A stretch of 64,000 nucleotides of DNA, taken from assembly GCF_040216675.1 (NCBI RefSeq), contig NZ_JAVJOR010000005.1; one strand, written 5' to 3'. The notes beneath the pieces were generated by a model. The model searched no databases and was not told the origin of the DNA. It was given only the letters and a program-made list of their open reading frames with translations. Within the stretch, counting starts at the first letter, position 1; the number at the start of each line of letters is the position of its first letter. This document shows, in pieces, positions 47,547 through 57,854 of the stretch. The DNA is from Hoeflea sp. (GTDB lineage Bacteria > Pseudomonadota > Alphaproteobacteria > Rhizobiales > Rhizobiaceae). The position numbers and the translations under genes are program-made.

Positions 47547-47965
47547 GTGCTTCGCCCCAGGCCGGCTTCATAAACCAGCAGCTCGGCAAGCACCCAACGT
47601 GTGGCGCCACTGCCTAGCTTCACTGGTTTCGGAAAAGCAGGGTTTTCATGAGTCCACCGCCAAATGGTGGATGGCGAAACTGCGTATCGCGCAGCTACCT
47701 GTTTGACGGTCAGGAAAGGACCGGAAGCTCCGCCAAAGGAACCATTTCCAGGTTCCGGCATCGATGTTGACGATCTGCTGCCTCGCCTTGATGCGGAGCC
47801 ATTGCCAAACGACGAAGCATCAGAGTTTTGCCGAGCGAGCGTAGGAGAAGCAACTGCTTGCGAGATCCGATCTACGTCATTTCGCGCAGATGTATCTGCC
47901 GAAGGCAGCTTCGCAGCATAGAAAAGATCAGTTTGTTTGGATTCGGGCGCATTCCGACGTGACAT
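47543..47965 (-). CDS. AlpA-family regulator/excisionase
   Basis: FLTVKQVAARYAVSPSTIWRW..FPKPVKLGSGATRW; stop overlaps the next start. Confidence 0.8.
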   Translation of the reverse strand: MSRRNAPESKQTDLFYAAKLPSADTSARNDVDRISQAVASPTLARQNSDASSFGNGSASRRGSRSSTSMPEPGNGSFGGASGPFLTVKQVAARYAVSPSTIWRWTHENPAFPKPVKLGSGATRWVLAELLVYEAGLGRST

Positions 47966-48109
47966 GACCAGCCACCCCCAATTTGAGGATAAGAACTAGC
48001 AACGTCATGCGCTGGGCAATCTATCTCCCGATTCGGTGCGATTGATCAAGTGCTGTCGTATTCGGTCTCAATTGATCCGATCCGGCGGTTGAGGCGCAAT
48101 CAGATGTGA

Positions 48110-48131
48110 ATGTGGGGCTGGATGTGGGGCT
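48110..48131 (+). repeat. Arm-type repeat atgtggggctggatgtggggct
   Basis: Identical to 15991-16012; 50 bp from the att core. Confidence 0.75.
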
Positions 48132-48181
48132 AGAAATTTGCGTAAATAAAAGTCTTATTACTTCCAGACAGTTATCCATAA

Positions 48182-48198
48182 AAATGGCGGAGAGGAAG
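48182..48198 (+). repeat. att core at the tRNA-Ser 3' end
   Basis: aaatggcggagaggaag, identical to 15844-15860. Confidence 0.92.
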
Positions 48199-48274
48199 GG
48201 ATTCGAACCCTCGATACCGTTCCCGGTATACTCCCTTAGCAGGGGAGCGCCTTCGACCACTCGGCCACCTCTCC
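48185..48274 (-). tRNA. tRNA-Ser(GCT), CCA encoded
   Basis: GGAGAGGTGGCCGAGTGGTCGAAGG..CTCCC-CT-GCT-AA-GGGAG..long variable arm..GGTTCGAATCCC..CTCTCCGCCA. Confidence 0.97.
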
Positions 48275-49173
48275 GTTGCCCGTCTGTTACCGCAGCGGGG
48301 CAACGTAATCAACCGCAATTCCGCCACCCTGTCATCTCGCTTTCCAACTGTGGATTTGCTCTGAGGCTGATCGCCCTGAGAAGCGCACCGCGGGCATACG
48401 GTGCCTTGATCTGCAGTTCCCGGGCGCGCCGGAATGAAGAGTGGCGTCCGACCCAGCTGACGGGCTTCCACATCGGTGAGCAGAGAGCCCATTTCGGCTC
48501 CCGGGCATTTACACATTTCAAGACCATGAGCGGCAGAATGGTGTGGTGCCGGATGGATCAGCGCCTGCGATGCCTTTCCAGATGCGATCTGAATGAAAGG
48601 AGTGGGCTGAACCTCAAGGAAAGGCATATTCGCTGCCCCAACTTGGGATCTGCACGGTTCAGCAACAGAGGCTCCAGAAAGACATGGCTATCCGACAGGT
48701 GGCCCGTCCGGACTTCCGCCCGGTGCTTTCCGAATTGCCACCTCATTCCAGTGAACTGTTGAATGCCCGAATCCCAAATGGGCCCGGCGCAAGTGTGTTC
48801 GGTCTCGAATCGAATCGAATGCGGGGCGCGCAAGACTTTGACTCCCCGGGGCGGCGAGAGGCGGAATCACCGGTCGCACGCTCCAATCGCGTCGCTTTCC
48901 CGGCCGAAAACGCTGCCAAAGCCTAATGAAAGGTAAACAAATCATGGGCCGGTCGGTGATTTCGTGTCATTTGTGCAACAGGCTAAAGGGAAGGCATGGG
49001 GTGAATGTCCGAACCCGGTTGATCGGCGTTGCACCGCAGCGGCTGGCGAGTATGTTCGATCTCGAAGCGAGGCGGGCATCCGCCTGTCTTCTTCCATCGT
49101 GGGGATGGGGCAGGGAACGCTGTCCTTCAGCAACAACCCAGACCCTTTATTACTTTTGACTGGAGGTCAGAAA

Positions 49174-50403
49174 ATGAACATCAAGAGCCTTCTCCTCGGC
49201 TCCGCAGCGGCTCTCGTCGCTGTATCCGGCGCACGTGCCGCCGACGCCATCATCGCAGCAGAGCCTGAGCCCGTTGAATACGTTCGCGTTTGCGACGCTT
49301 TCGGCGTTGGCTTCTTCTACATCCCGGGCACCGAAACCTGCCTGCGCATCGGCGGTTACGTCCGTTACGACATCAGCGGTGGCGATCTGCTCGACGTCAA
49401 CTCGGCAACCGGCGACGAAACCTACAACAAGCGCGCTCGCGCTTCGTTCCAGGTCTCGACCGCTTCGGAAACCGAAATGGGCACCCTGCGCACCTTCGTC
49501 GAAACCCGCTGGCAGTACGACACCAACGGTCTGACCAATGCATTGGGCGTTGCAGGCAATCCGTCTCGCGTCGGTACCGCGAATGGTTACCAGAACGACG
49601 GTGAGTTCTCGATCAACTTCGCATGGATCCAGCTCGGTGGTCTCCGCGTCGGTAAGGACGAATCCTACTTCACAACCTTCACCGGTTACGGCGGGTCGGT
49701 CATCAACGATACGCTCGCTGGAGGCTACGGTCCGTTCGACACCAACCTGATCAGCTACACCTACAACGGTGGCGCTTTCCGGGCCGGTATCGCGTTCGAA
49801 CAGGGTGACGACAGCACCAACTTCGCCATGGCATCAACGGCTGTCCCGGCGGTTGTTCTGACTGCTGCTCAGACCAACTTTACGAGCGGCTGGGGCATTG
49901 ACGACTACATGCCGCATGTCGTTATCGGTGCCGGCTACAATGCAGGCATGATCGACCTGAGCGCAGTTGTCGCTTTCGACACACGTGACGACTTTGTTCT
50001 TCCTCCTGTTGGTCTTCAGGTTCGTGGCGGCTGGACCGGTAAGCTCCGTGCCGACGTGACCATCAACGATCAGGCTTCGATCTTTGCGATGCTGATGTAC
50101 GGTGAGAACTCCTCGGCTTACACCAGCTGGGCAAACGGTGCTGCAACCGACGAGACTTTCTCGGTCATCGCCGGTGGTTCGTACCAGGCAACCGACAAGG
50201 TCAAGTTCAACACCCAGATCCAGTGGGTTGAAGCCAACACCAACACCGGTGGCCCTGCTTCCGATGAATGGAGCGTTGTCGGTAACATGAACTACACTGT
50301 GGTTCCCGGCCTCGTGGTCACCCCGGAACTGGCATGGTATGACAACGGCGTCGCTGGTGGCGATGAGTTCGGCGCAACGCTCCGCGTTCAGCGCTCGTTC
50401 TAA
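49174..50403 (+). CDS. Rhizobial/Brucella Omp2-type porin (RopA/Omp2b family)
   Basis: MNIKSLLLGSAAAL signal, EPVEYVRVCD..GFFYIPGTETCLRIGGYVR, C-terminal QRSF. Confidence 0.95.
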   Translation: MNIKSLLLGSAAALVAVSGARAADAIIAAEPEPVEYVRVCDAFGVGFFYIPGTETCLRIGGYVRYDISGGDLLDVNSATGDETYNKRARASFQVSTASETEMGTLRTFVETRWQYDTNGLTNALGVAGNPSRVGTANGYQNDGEFSINFAWIQLGGLRVGKDESYFTTFTGYGGSVINDTLAGGYGPFDTNLISYTYNGGAFRAGIAFEQGDDSTNFAMASTAVPAVVLTAAQTNFTSGWGIDDYMPHVVIGAGYNAGMIDLSAVVAFDTRDDFVLPPVGLQVRGGWTGKLRADVTINDQASIFAMLMYGENSSAYTSWANGAATDETFSVIAGGSYQATDKVKFNTQIQWVEANTNTGGPASDEWSVVGNMNYTVVPGLVVTPELAWYDNGVAGGDEFGATLRVQRSF

Positions 50404-50428
50404 TCAAACCTCGGTTTGATCTGATCAG

Positions 50429-50458
50429 AACCCGGCAGCTTCGGCTGCCGGGTTTTTT
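50429..50458 (+). terminator. Rho-independent terminator
   Basis: aacccggcagc-ttcg-gctgccgggtt followed by a T-run; a second small hairpin atcaaacc/ggtttgat at 50403-50420. Confidence 0.9.
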
Positions 50459-50658
50459 GAATGTCCAAACCCGTGATCGCACGGTGCGCCGCTTGAAGCC
50501 CCCATCTGCACATGGGATGCTGTAGACAAGAGCGATTGATAATTCGGCTGGTTCCTTCACAGACCAATAGAGGAACTCCGCGCCTACGGACCTTTGGCCT
50601 TGGCCATTGGTCAACCGCGATGCTAGGCTTCGGGTCCCGAAAGCTTCGCGGAGAACGC

Positions 50659-52425
50659 ATGCGCAACTGGAAATCCTGGATCTGGCCCGGCGTCGCCACG
50701 GTGGCCTGTCTCACCGCGCTGGCGGTTTGGTTGCATCTCGACCCGGTCGAGACCGATCTGAAAGAGCGGGCGACTTCGGCGCTCGCGACGGATCATGCCT
50801 GGGCCGGCGTTGCGCTTGACGGGCGGGATCTGACCCTTCAAGGGCTTGCTCCCTCAGCGGAGAACCGGGCGGAAGCCCTCGCAATTGCGCAACAAACCTA
50901 TGGCGTGCGCACCGTCATTGACGAAACCGGGCTGCTGCCGGAGCAGTCGCCCTACCTCCTTTCCCTCGATAAAACCGAAAACGGGCTGGTGCTGAACGGC
51001 TTTGCTCCGGACATGGCAACGAGGGCGCGGCTGATCACCTTGTTGAGCGAAACCCTGCCGGGAATCGCGTTGCTCGATCAGTTGAAACTGGCGCGTGGCG
51101 CACCCGATGAATTCACGGCTCTCGTGGAGTACGGGTCGTCCGTGTTTTCCCGGTTGTCGACCGGCCTCATGGAATTGAACGGGCCTGCCATTCGCATAAA
51201 GGGGCAGGCGCTCAATCCGGCGGATCACGAGATCGCACTGCAGCTCCTGTCGGCATCACCGCCGGGGGACGGCCGCGTCGAAAGCCTCGAGATTTCGCCT
51301 GCGCCGGCCAACGGGGATTACACATGGTCTGCCGAAGTAGATGACGCACATTTGACGCTGCGCGGATACATTCCCGATCCTTCCATGCGGAGCGCCCTGA
51401 TTGACGCAGCAACGGCAAGCCGTCCCGACCTCGAAGTCGTAGACAAGATGCGTTTCGCATCGGGAGTTCCCGATGGTGTCGATTGGCTTGCTGCCTCGCG
51501 GGACGCCATCGCGCTGGTCTCCTTGATGGAGGACGGGCGGGTGTCGATTCGCAATGACAGGATCGATATCTCCGGTGATAGCAGCGATGCCGAGGCCTTC
51601 CGCGCATTCCAGGCAAGGCTCGATCAAGGGCTTTCCGGGGGCGTGAAGCTTGGCACCACGGATATCGGGGTTGCCCGGGTTTCACCATTCGTCTGGACGG
51701 CCACCCTGGATCCGGATCGGCTGCTGCTTGAGGGTTTTGTTCCCAGTGAAGCAGTCGCCGACGACCTGGTTGGGTCGGCCAGGCTGAAATTTGGATCGCT
51801 TCGGATCGACAACCGGATGACGGTAGCGGGTGGAGCACCGGAAGGCTTTTCGGCGGCTGCAGATGCAGTCTTGCAGGGCCTCAGCCGACTTGACGGTGGG
51901 GTCGCGACACTCAGTGACATGGAATCGACCCTCACGGGGAACGCGTTCAGTGCGGCCGCGTCAGGGGAAATAGCCGATCAACTCGGTACGGCCCTGCCGG
52001 AGGCCTTTTCCTTGCGCGAGACGATCGGCCAATTGCCACTGCCATCCGAAAATCTGAACGGGACGGAATGCCAAGACCAGATCGATCGCATCGCATCGCA
52101 AAACTCGGTGCTGTTTGACACGGGCGAAGCCCGCATTCAGTATCATTCATGGGGTTTTCTCGATCGCATCGCCTTCCTTGCACGTAAATGTCCGGGCGTG
52201 CGGCTGGAAATTTCAGGCCATACCGATGCGGATGGCGAGACGGATGCCAATCTTGCTCTGTCCGAAAGACGGGCGGAAGCGGTGATGGCTTACATGGTGG
52301 ATGCCGGTGTCGCGCGCAGCCGACTGGTGTCGGTCGGGTACGGCGAGTCGAATCCCGTTGCAGACAACGAAACCGAAGCCGGGAAGGCCGCAAACAGGCG
52401 GATCGAGTTCCGGATTGTTGAATGA
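50659..52425 (+). CDS. BON-repeat plus OmpA C-terminal peptidoglycan-binding protein
   Basis: N-terminal anchor, repeated LTLxG BON-like units, EISGHTDADG..NLALSERRAEAV..GYGE..NRRIEF. Confidence 0.9.
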   Translation: MRNWKSWIWPGVATVACLTALAVWLHLDPVETDLKERATSALATDHAWAGVALDGRDLTLQGLAPSAENRAEALAIAQQTYGVRTVIDETGLLPEQSPYLLSLDKTENGLVLNGFAPDMATRARLITLLSETLPGIALLDQLKLARGAPDEFTALVEYGSSVFSRLSTGLMELNGPAIRIKGQALNPADHEIALQLLSASPPGDGRVESLEISPAPANGDYTWSAEVDDAHLTLRGYIPDPSMRSALIDAATASRPDLEVVDKMRFASGVPDGVDWLAASRDAIALVSLMEDGRVSIRNDRIDISGDSSDAEAFRAFQARLDQGLSGGVKLGTTDIGVARVSPFVWTATLDPDRLLLEGFVPSEAVADDLVGSARLKFGSLRIDNRMTVAGGAPEGFSAAADAVLQGLSRLDGGVATLSDMESTLTGNAFSAAASGEIADQLGTALPEAFSLRETIGQLPLPSENLNGTECQDQIDRIASQNSVLFDTGEARIQYHSWGFLDRIAFLARKCPGVRLEISGHTDADGETDANLALSERRAEAVMAYMVDAGVARSRLVSVGYGESNPVADNETEAGKAANRRIEFRIVE

Positions 52426-52456
52426 CAAAGGGGGCCGTGCCCCACAGGAGGTGACG

Positions 52457-52555
52457 ATGTTCTACGTGTTCTCGCATATGTGGTTCTGGATCCTGTGTGC
52501 ATTCATTGTGGGCGGGGTCGTGGGTTGGAAGACCTGCGGCGGCAAACGCGCATGA
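52457..52555 (+). CDS. 32-aa single-TM small protein
   Basis: AGGAGG RBS; MFYVFSHMWFWILCAFIVGGVVGWKT resembles the N-terminus of the next gene. Confidence 0.6.
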   Translation: MFYVFSHMWFWILCAFIVGGVVGWKTCGGKRA

Positions 52556-52587
52556 CCGGGCTCAGGACCTGACGAGGAGAGGGAGAC

Positions 52588-53412
52588 ATGATCATGTTGG
52601 TGTTGCAGACCCTGTTTTTCATGGCGATCGCCTTTGTGGCCGGTTGTTTTTTCGGATGCTGGCTGAAGCGGAGAGTTGACAGCGGCACGGTGGAGCACTC
52701 GGCGGCCAGCTCGATGTCTCCTGATGCCAAATCCGGCGGCACCAGCGGGGCGCCGGACTCATCCCCGGCGCCGGGACCTTCAAGCTCGGCGCCCGCCGAA
52801 CCAACCGGCTCCGCGTCCGCCACCCAGCCGGATGCCGCGCCGCCGGTCGCGGCTGCGGCAACCGCCCCGGTCGCCAAGGCGCAGGACAGCGCCCAGTCGG
52901 AACCGGCGGCTCCGAAAGAGCCGAAACCCAAGGCCAAGGCTGCAAAACCAAAATCGACGGCAAAGGAAGCGTCTGCGGGGACGACTTCCCAAAAGGCATC
53001 CCCCGCAAAGAAGGCAACAACAAAGGCGGCGACCCCGAAATCCGCAACGTCAAGCAAGGCCAAACCGGCCGCTGCCAAGGCAAGGTCCGGATCCGGCAAA
53101 AAGCCGGCTGCTGCCGCCGGTCCTGACAATCTGAAGAAGATCAAGGGCGTCGGCCCTCAACTTGAGGCCAAGCTCAATGCCATCGGTGTGACCAATTTCG
53201 CCCAGATTGCAAAGTGGACCAAGAAACAACAGGCCGACTTCAGCGAGCAACTGTCATTTCCGGGCCGTATCGAGCGCGACGATTGGGTGGCCCAGGCGAA
53301 GGTGCTCGCCAAGGGCGAAGACACCGAATTCTCAAAGCGCGTGGCCAAGGGGGACGTTGCCAGCTCGAAAGGCTCAGTCGGCGGCGGCGCAGGCGGCAAA
53401 TCCGGGAACTGA
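52588..53412 (+). CDS. Membrane-anchored protein with Ala/Pro/Lys linker and C-terminal helix-hairpin-helix domain
   Basis: DNLKKIKGVGPQLEAKLNAIGV..QIAKWT..GRIERDDWVAQAK. Confidence 0.8.
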   Translation: MIMLVLQTLFFMAIAFVAGCFFGCWLKRRVDSGTVEHSAASSMSPDAKSGGTSGAPDSSPAPGPSSSAPAEPTGSASATQPDAAPPVAAAATAPVAKAQDSAQSEPAAPKEPKPKAKAAKPKSTAKEASAGTTSQKASPAKKATTKAATPKSATSSKAKPAAAKARSGSGKKPAAAAGPDNLKKIKGVGPQLEAKLNAIGVTNFAQIAKWTKKQQADFSEQLSFPGRIERDDWVAQAKVLAKGEDTEFSKRVAKGDVASSKGSVGGGAGGKSGN

Positions 53413-53567
53413 TATTGCTGCCCGTGCATCCAACACGAGCGCATAGGATGCCGTAACACCTTGACTGGTTGAGCGTCGGGCGAGTTCGACGGGATCCGGT
53501 CGCGCTAGGCAATGGATGGGGGCGCTTTGCGCCGGCAATTTCATTGCCGGGACTATGTCCGGTAACG

Positions 53568-54494
53568 TCAGTGCCTGCGGGTCTTGTCCACAGAGGCGAA
53601 GAACCGGGTGAGGATTTCGGGAATTCCGGACAGGTGCAGGATCGGTGCATGTCCGTGCCCCTCGATCGTGTGGGTCTCGAGATGTGGCACGCGCGCCTTC
53701 ATTTCATCGAGCGTTTGAGCCGACAGCAGGGTTGAGTGCTCGCCGCGCAAGGCCAGCAAGGGCATCGCGCCCAGTCCTTCGAATTGCGGCCAGAGCGTTG
53801 GCAGGGGCGTGTTCAGATCAAGCCCCTTGAGTCCCTCAAGCAACGCCGGATCGTAGTCCGGGGTCAGCTTGCCGTTGCGCTCCACGTAGACGGAACGGGC
53901 AAAATCGGCCCAGTCCGCATCGCTCAGCGCGGGAAAGCTCTTCCCGTGCGCGTCCGCGAGCACCTTGGCGGCCTGTGACCAGTCCGCGGGTTTGGGCGTT
54001 CTGGAAAGATAGGCCTTGATCTGCGCAAGTCCTGCGCCCTCGATCACCGGTCCGATGTCATTGAGGACACCCGCTGCCATTACGCCGGGCCTTGTGGCGG
54101 CGAGCACATGCATGATCAGACCGCCACGCGAGGTGCCGATAAAGATCGCATGTTCGAGCCCCAGTGCCGCCATTCCGTTGAGAATGTCCTCGGCTTCGGT
54201 CGTGATCGTGTAATGAGCCGGCTCCTTGTCCCATGCCGATTGCCCACGGCCGCGGTAATCGAAACTCACCACCCGACGTGGCGCCTTGGGATGGCGCGAG
54301 ACAATCATTGCGAGATCGTGGAAATCCCTTGTGTTGCGGGTCAGGCCGGGAAGGCAGACGACCGGCAAGCGCCCCCGGGTCAGCGGATCGTGGCGCCCAT
54401 AGTCCGCCGCATGAAGCCTCAACCCGTCCCTTGCGGAATAGAACACATCCTCATGGGTGACGGGGGCGAGGGTCTCGATATCCTGATTGGTCAT
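53568..54494 (-). CDS. Alpha/beta hydrolase
   Basis: LPGLTRN, DYRGRG, GTSRGG, GHGHAP; start moved to MTNQD. Confidence 0.85.
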   Translation of the reverse strand: MTNQDIETLAPVTHEDVFYSARDGLRLHAADYGRHDPLTRGRLPVVCLPGLTRNTRDFHDLAMIVSRHPKAPRRVVSFDYRGRGQSAWDKEPAHYTITTEAEDILNGMAALGLEHAIFIGTSRGGLIMHVLAATRPGVMAAGVLNDIGPVIEGAGLAQIKAYLSRTPKPADWSQAAKVLADAHGKSFPALSDADWADFARSVYVERNGKLTPDYDPALLEGLKGLDLNTPLPTLWPQFEGLGAMPLLALRGEHSTLLSAQTLDEMKARVPHLETHTIEGHGHAPILHLSGIPEILTRFFASVDKTRRH

Positions 54495-54625
54495 GAATAC
54501 TGCTGTTCTCCGTGCGGATTGGCTTTGACCGCTATAGCGCATTTTCCGGTTCAAGCCACTTCCGGGATGCGAGGTTCGACAAGCACGGCGGACCGGCCCG
54601 GCCGCACCAACACGAATTGTCGTTT

Positions 54626-56683
54626 TCAGCGCCGCCCGAAACGCAGATCGTTTTCGATGCTTGCGGTCTGGCCCAGGCGCGCCTTGTAAACCTGATAGTT
54701 CTCCAGAATGCGCTGAACATAATGCCGTGTCTCGGTGAACGGTATCATCTCGATCCAATCGATCACCTCATCGAGAGGCTTGCCGCGAGGATCGCCGAAA
54801 CGCTCGATCCACTCGGAGACCCTGCGTGGTCCGGCATTGTAGGCGACGAAGGTCAGAATGTAGGAGCCGCCGAAGTCGCTGATCTGTTCGCCGAGGAAAT
54901 GGGCGCCAAGGGTGGCGTTGTAACCGGCGTCCGCGGTCAGCCGGGCTTTGGAATAGGGCAGGCCGTGACGGGCGGCAACGCCCTTGGCTGTGCCGGGTAG
55001 CAATTGCAGCAGTCCACGGGCATTGGCGGGCGAGACTGCGGCCTTGTTGAACGCGCTTTCCTGTCGCGCGATCGAATAGGCAAGGGCCTTGCCGGCGCCC
55101 GATATGTTGGCGCTTGGCGGCACAGCGCCGAGCGGGTAGGCCAGCGCTGCGACTTCGAGCCCGCGGTTCCAGGCGATCTTTCCGACCTGCAGCGAAATCT
55201 GATGGTCCCCGCGTCGTTCCGCCATCGCCGCGAGGATCGCGAGCTCACCAGGGCTTTCGAGCTGACCCGCGAGCGCCCGGTAGAGGCTGTCGGCGCGCCA
55301 TTGGTGGCCTGCGCTCTCCAGCTTGTGAATGGCCACGACGGCTTCGCGGGATGCAAAGCGCGCGCGTTCGGCATCACTTGGAGAGGGGTAGGCAATGGTC
55401 AGGGACTTGCGGTCGAGTTTGGCTGCGGCGAGTTGGCCGTAGAATGTCGTCGGATAATCTGCCGCCCTTTCGAAATGGGTTTTCGCGTCTCCGCCGCCTG
55501 CCTCTGCGGCACGGCCGAGCCAGTAGTGCGCGCGGGCGGTCGAGATGTGGCCATCCACCACTTTCAGGATATTGGCAAAATGCCGGGATGCGGTTTGCGG
55601 GTCGTTCAGCCCGCGCAACGCATACCAGCCGGCGTGAAACTCGGCCTCTGCATAGTCTGCGGGGCTTTGCGCCAGGTGCGCGGCGGCGAGATCATAGGCT
55701 TCCCTGAACTCGCCTTTTTCATAAAGACCACGGCTGACAACGCGCGCTTCGATCCACCATTCATCGGGATCAACCAGGACGGCTTTGTCGCGCGGCATTT
55801 TCGCGAGCAGCTTTGCGGCTTCTCGATCGCGCTCGAGCTCGCGCAAATGCCTAATCCTGATGAAGAGATAGGCGGGATCGTCGTGCCAGGAAGCGTGCAC
55901 CCGGGATATCGCATCGGCAGCCCGGGCTGGGTTGCGGATCACCGCGCTCCAGGCACGGTAGAGGGATTGTGCCTCGGCGAGTCTGGCGAGCGGCTCGGCT
56001 TCGCTCAGGTGGTCGCGGTAAAGCAGCATCTCCATGCGCCGAAGATGGTCGGCCTTGGTCAGGATCCCAGCGAATTCGTCGAGGAAAACGGCGGTTTCCT
56101 CCCGGTCCATGCGCTCCGTCCGCCAAGTCTTTGCCGCCAGCGAGGCGGCCCGGTCGGTCTGACCGGTCGAAAGCAGCGCGCGAACCAGCAGTATCGCTCC
56201 CTTGACGGTTTCCGGCGCGGCGTCGCCAAAGGTCTGGAGAACCTTTTCGTCGGACGGGTTTTCCGAAAACAGCGCACGTTCAGCCAGTGCGCTCAGCGAC
56301 CCGAGCCCCGGCCAGCCTTCGAGTTCGGCCGCCGCAGACCTGATTTCCTCCGAGGGCACGCCTTCAAGGCCCGACAAGGCGATGGACCAGGTGAGGATAT
56401 GGCGATCGATCGTCGACCGCGTCATGGAATCGCGGATGGCCCGCGCCCGGTCCGGATCCCGGTCATTGAGCGCATCAAGTCCCGAAACCAGTTTTGCGCT
56501 CGCGGGTATGGATGAAGCCGGTGTTTCGGATCGGGCACCTGCCTGCGGAGCCGGATCCGAAAGCTGGGGCTTCGGGACGGGAACCGGGATCTTGCCCTGG
56601 GGAAGAGGGGCTGCCGCTGCGGATCCTGTGCTGGCGATGAGAACGCAAAGCATGGCTGCGGCAAATGGGATGTGTGGCTTCAT
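54626..56683 (-). CDS. Soluble lytic murein transglycosylase (Slt70-like)
   Basis: IARQESAF, ARGLLQLLPGTA, AYNAGP, IPFTETRHYV. Confidence 0.95.
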   Translation of the reverse strand: MKPHIPFAAAMLCVLIASTGSAAAAPLPQGKIPVPVPKPQLSDPAPQAGARSETPASSIPASAKLVSGLDALNDRDPDRARAIRDSMTRSTIDRHILTWSIALSGLEGVPSEEIRSAAAELEGWPGLGSLSALAERALFSENPSDEKVLQTFGDAAPETVKGAILLVRALLSTGQTDRAASLAAKTWRTERMDREETAVFLDEFAGILTKADHLRRMEMLLYRDHLSEAEPLARLAEAQSLYRAWSAVIRNPARAADAISRVHASWHDDPAYLFIRIRHLRELERDREAAKLLAKMPRDKAVLVDPDEWWIEARVVSRGLYEKGEFREAYDLAAAHLAQSPADYAEAEFHAGWYALRGLNDPQTASRHFANILKVVDGHISTARAHYWLGRAAEAGGGDAKTHFERAADYPTTFYGQLAAAKLDRKSLTIAYPSPSDAERARFASREAVVAIHKLESAGHQWRADSLYRALAGQLESPGELAILAAMAERRGDHQISLQVGKIAWNRGLEVAALAYPLGAVPPSANISGAGKALAYSIARQESAFNKAAVSPANARGLLQLLPGTAKGVAARHGLPYSKARLTADAGYNATLGAHFLGEQISDFGGSYILTFVAYNAGPRRVSEWIERFGDPRGKPLDEVIDWIEMIPFTETRHYVQRILENYQVYKARLGQTASIENDLRFGRR

Positions 56684-56970
56684 CTTGGTCGGTCCAAATT
56701 GCGTGTCCCTGATTTGGGGTAAGAGGCGGCCTCCCCGATGGCCGCGCCAGAGGCAAATCTATCACGAACTGTAAATCCGAGCATTCAGGCATAATGGGGG
56801 CAAATTGCCAAGAATGATGCCGCGTGTTGCCCAGGCGGCGAAGGGAAGCGCCAAAAGCGCCGGGCTTTCACCGGTAAGGCTTTTCCAGTGCGTTGATTTC
56901 CTGTATCGCCTCCCATGACAGATTGGCGACAGAATTGCCGCCTTGCGACCATAGAGTTTTGGAGACCAGA

Positions 56971-57852
56971 ATGTTCAAGGGTTCCATGCCGGCCCTCATA
57001 ACCCCTTTCACCGATGACGGCGCGGTGGATGAAGATGCCTTTGCGCGCCATGTCGAGCGGATGATCAAGGCCGGGAGCCATGGTCTCGTGCCGGTCGGAA
57101 CGACGGGCGAGTCTCCGACGCTGACGCATGACGAACACAAGCGCGTTGTCGAATTGTGCATCAAGGTCGCCGACGGCCGGGTTCCGGTGATTGCGGGCGC
57201 CGGATCCAACAACACTGCCGAAGCGATCGAACTTGCGGTCCATGCCGAGATGGCAGGCGCAGATGCGGTGCTCGTGGTAACGCCCTATTACAACAAGCCC
57301 ACGCAGAAGGGGCTCTACGCCCATTTTGCGGCGGTGGCCGAAGCGATCAAGCTACCGATCATCATCTACAATATTCCGCCGCGCTCGGTCATCGACATGA
57401 CGGTACAGACCATGGCGGCGCTTCACAAGGATTTCCCGAACATCATCGGCGTCAAGGACGCGACCGCAAACCTGGCGCGCGTACCGGAACAGCGCATGGC
57501 CTGCGGCGCCGATTTCGTGCAGATCTCGGGAGAGGATCCCACGGCACTTGGTTTCAACGCCCATGGCGGTGTGGGCTGCATTTCTGTTACGGCCAATGTC
57601 GCGCCGCGGCACTGCGCCGAGTTCCAGGAGGCGACACTGCGTGGCGACTACGCCGAGGCGCTGAAGATGCTCGACAGGCTGATGCCGCTGCACAAGGCCA
57701 TCTTCACGGAACCGGGCGTGGCCGGAACGAAGTACTGCCTCGGCAAGTTGGGCCTCATCCGCAATGTGGTACGTTCCCCGTTGACGCAAGTCGATGCGGC
57801 GACTGCGGCCCTGCTTGACGCGGCGCTCGACCATGCGGGTGTAACGGACTGA
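56971..57852 (+). CDS. dapA: 4-hydroxy-tetrahydrodipicolinate synthase
   Basis: GTTGES, PYYNKP, YNIPPRS, GVKDAT. Confidence 0.97.
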   Translation: MFKGSMPALITPFTDDGAVDEDAFARHVERMIKAGSHGLVPVGTTGESPTLTHDEHKRVVELCIKVADGRVPVIAGAGSNNTAEAIELAVHAEMAGADAVLVVTPYYNKPTQKGLYAHFAAVAEAIKLPIIIYNIPPRSVIDMTVQTMAALHKDFPNIIGVKDATANLARVPEQRMACGADFVQISGEDPTALGFNAHGGVGCISVTANVAPRHCAEFQEATLRGDYAEALKMLDRLMPLHKAIFTEPGVAGTKYCLGKLGLIRNVVRSPLTQVDAATAALLDAALDHAGVTD

Positions 57853-57854
57853 TC

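Larger units (their letters stand above)
15844..48198. mobile_element. Island 2: ~32.3-kb tyrosine-integrase genomic island integrated at the tRNA-Ser(GCT) 3' end
   Basis: 17-bp direct repeat at both ends, integrase at the left end, AlpA genes at the right end, matching arm-type repeats. Confidence 0.9.

Noticed and set aside
1-48198. Conjugation machinery, retron or prophage structural genes
   Set aside because: No relaxase, VirB/VirD4, reverse transcriptase, capsid or terminase motifs seen in the window
48106-48762. 218-aa ORF containing MAERKGFEPSIP
   Set aside because: Antisense translation of tRNA-Ser plus flanking DNA; not a protein
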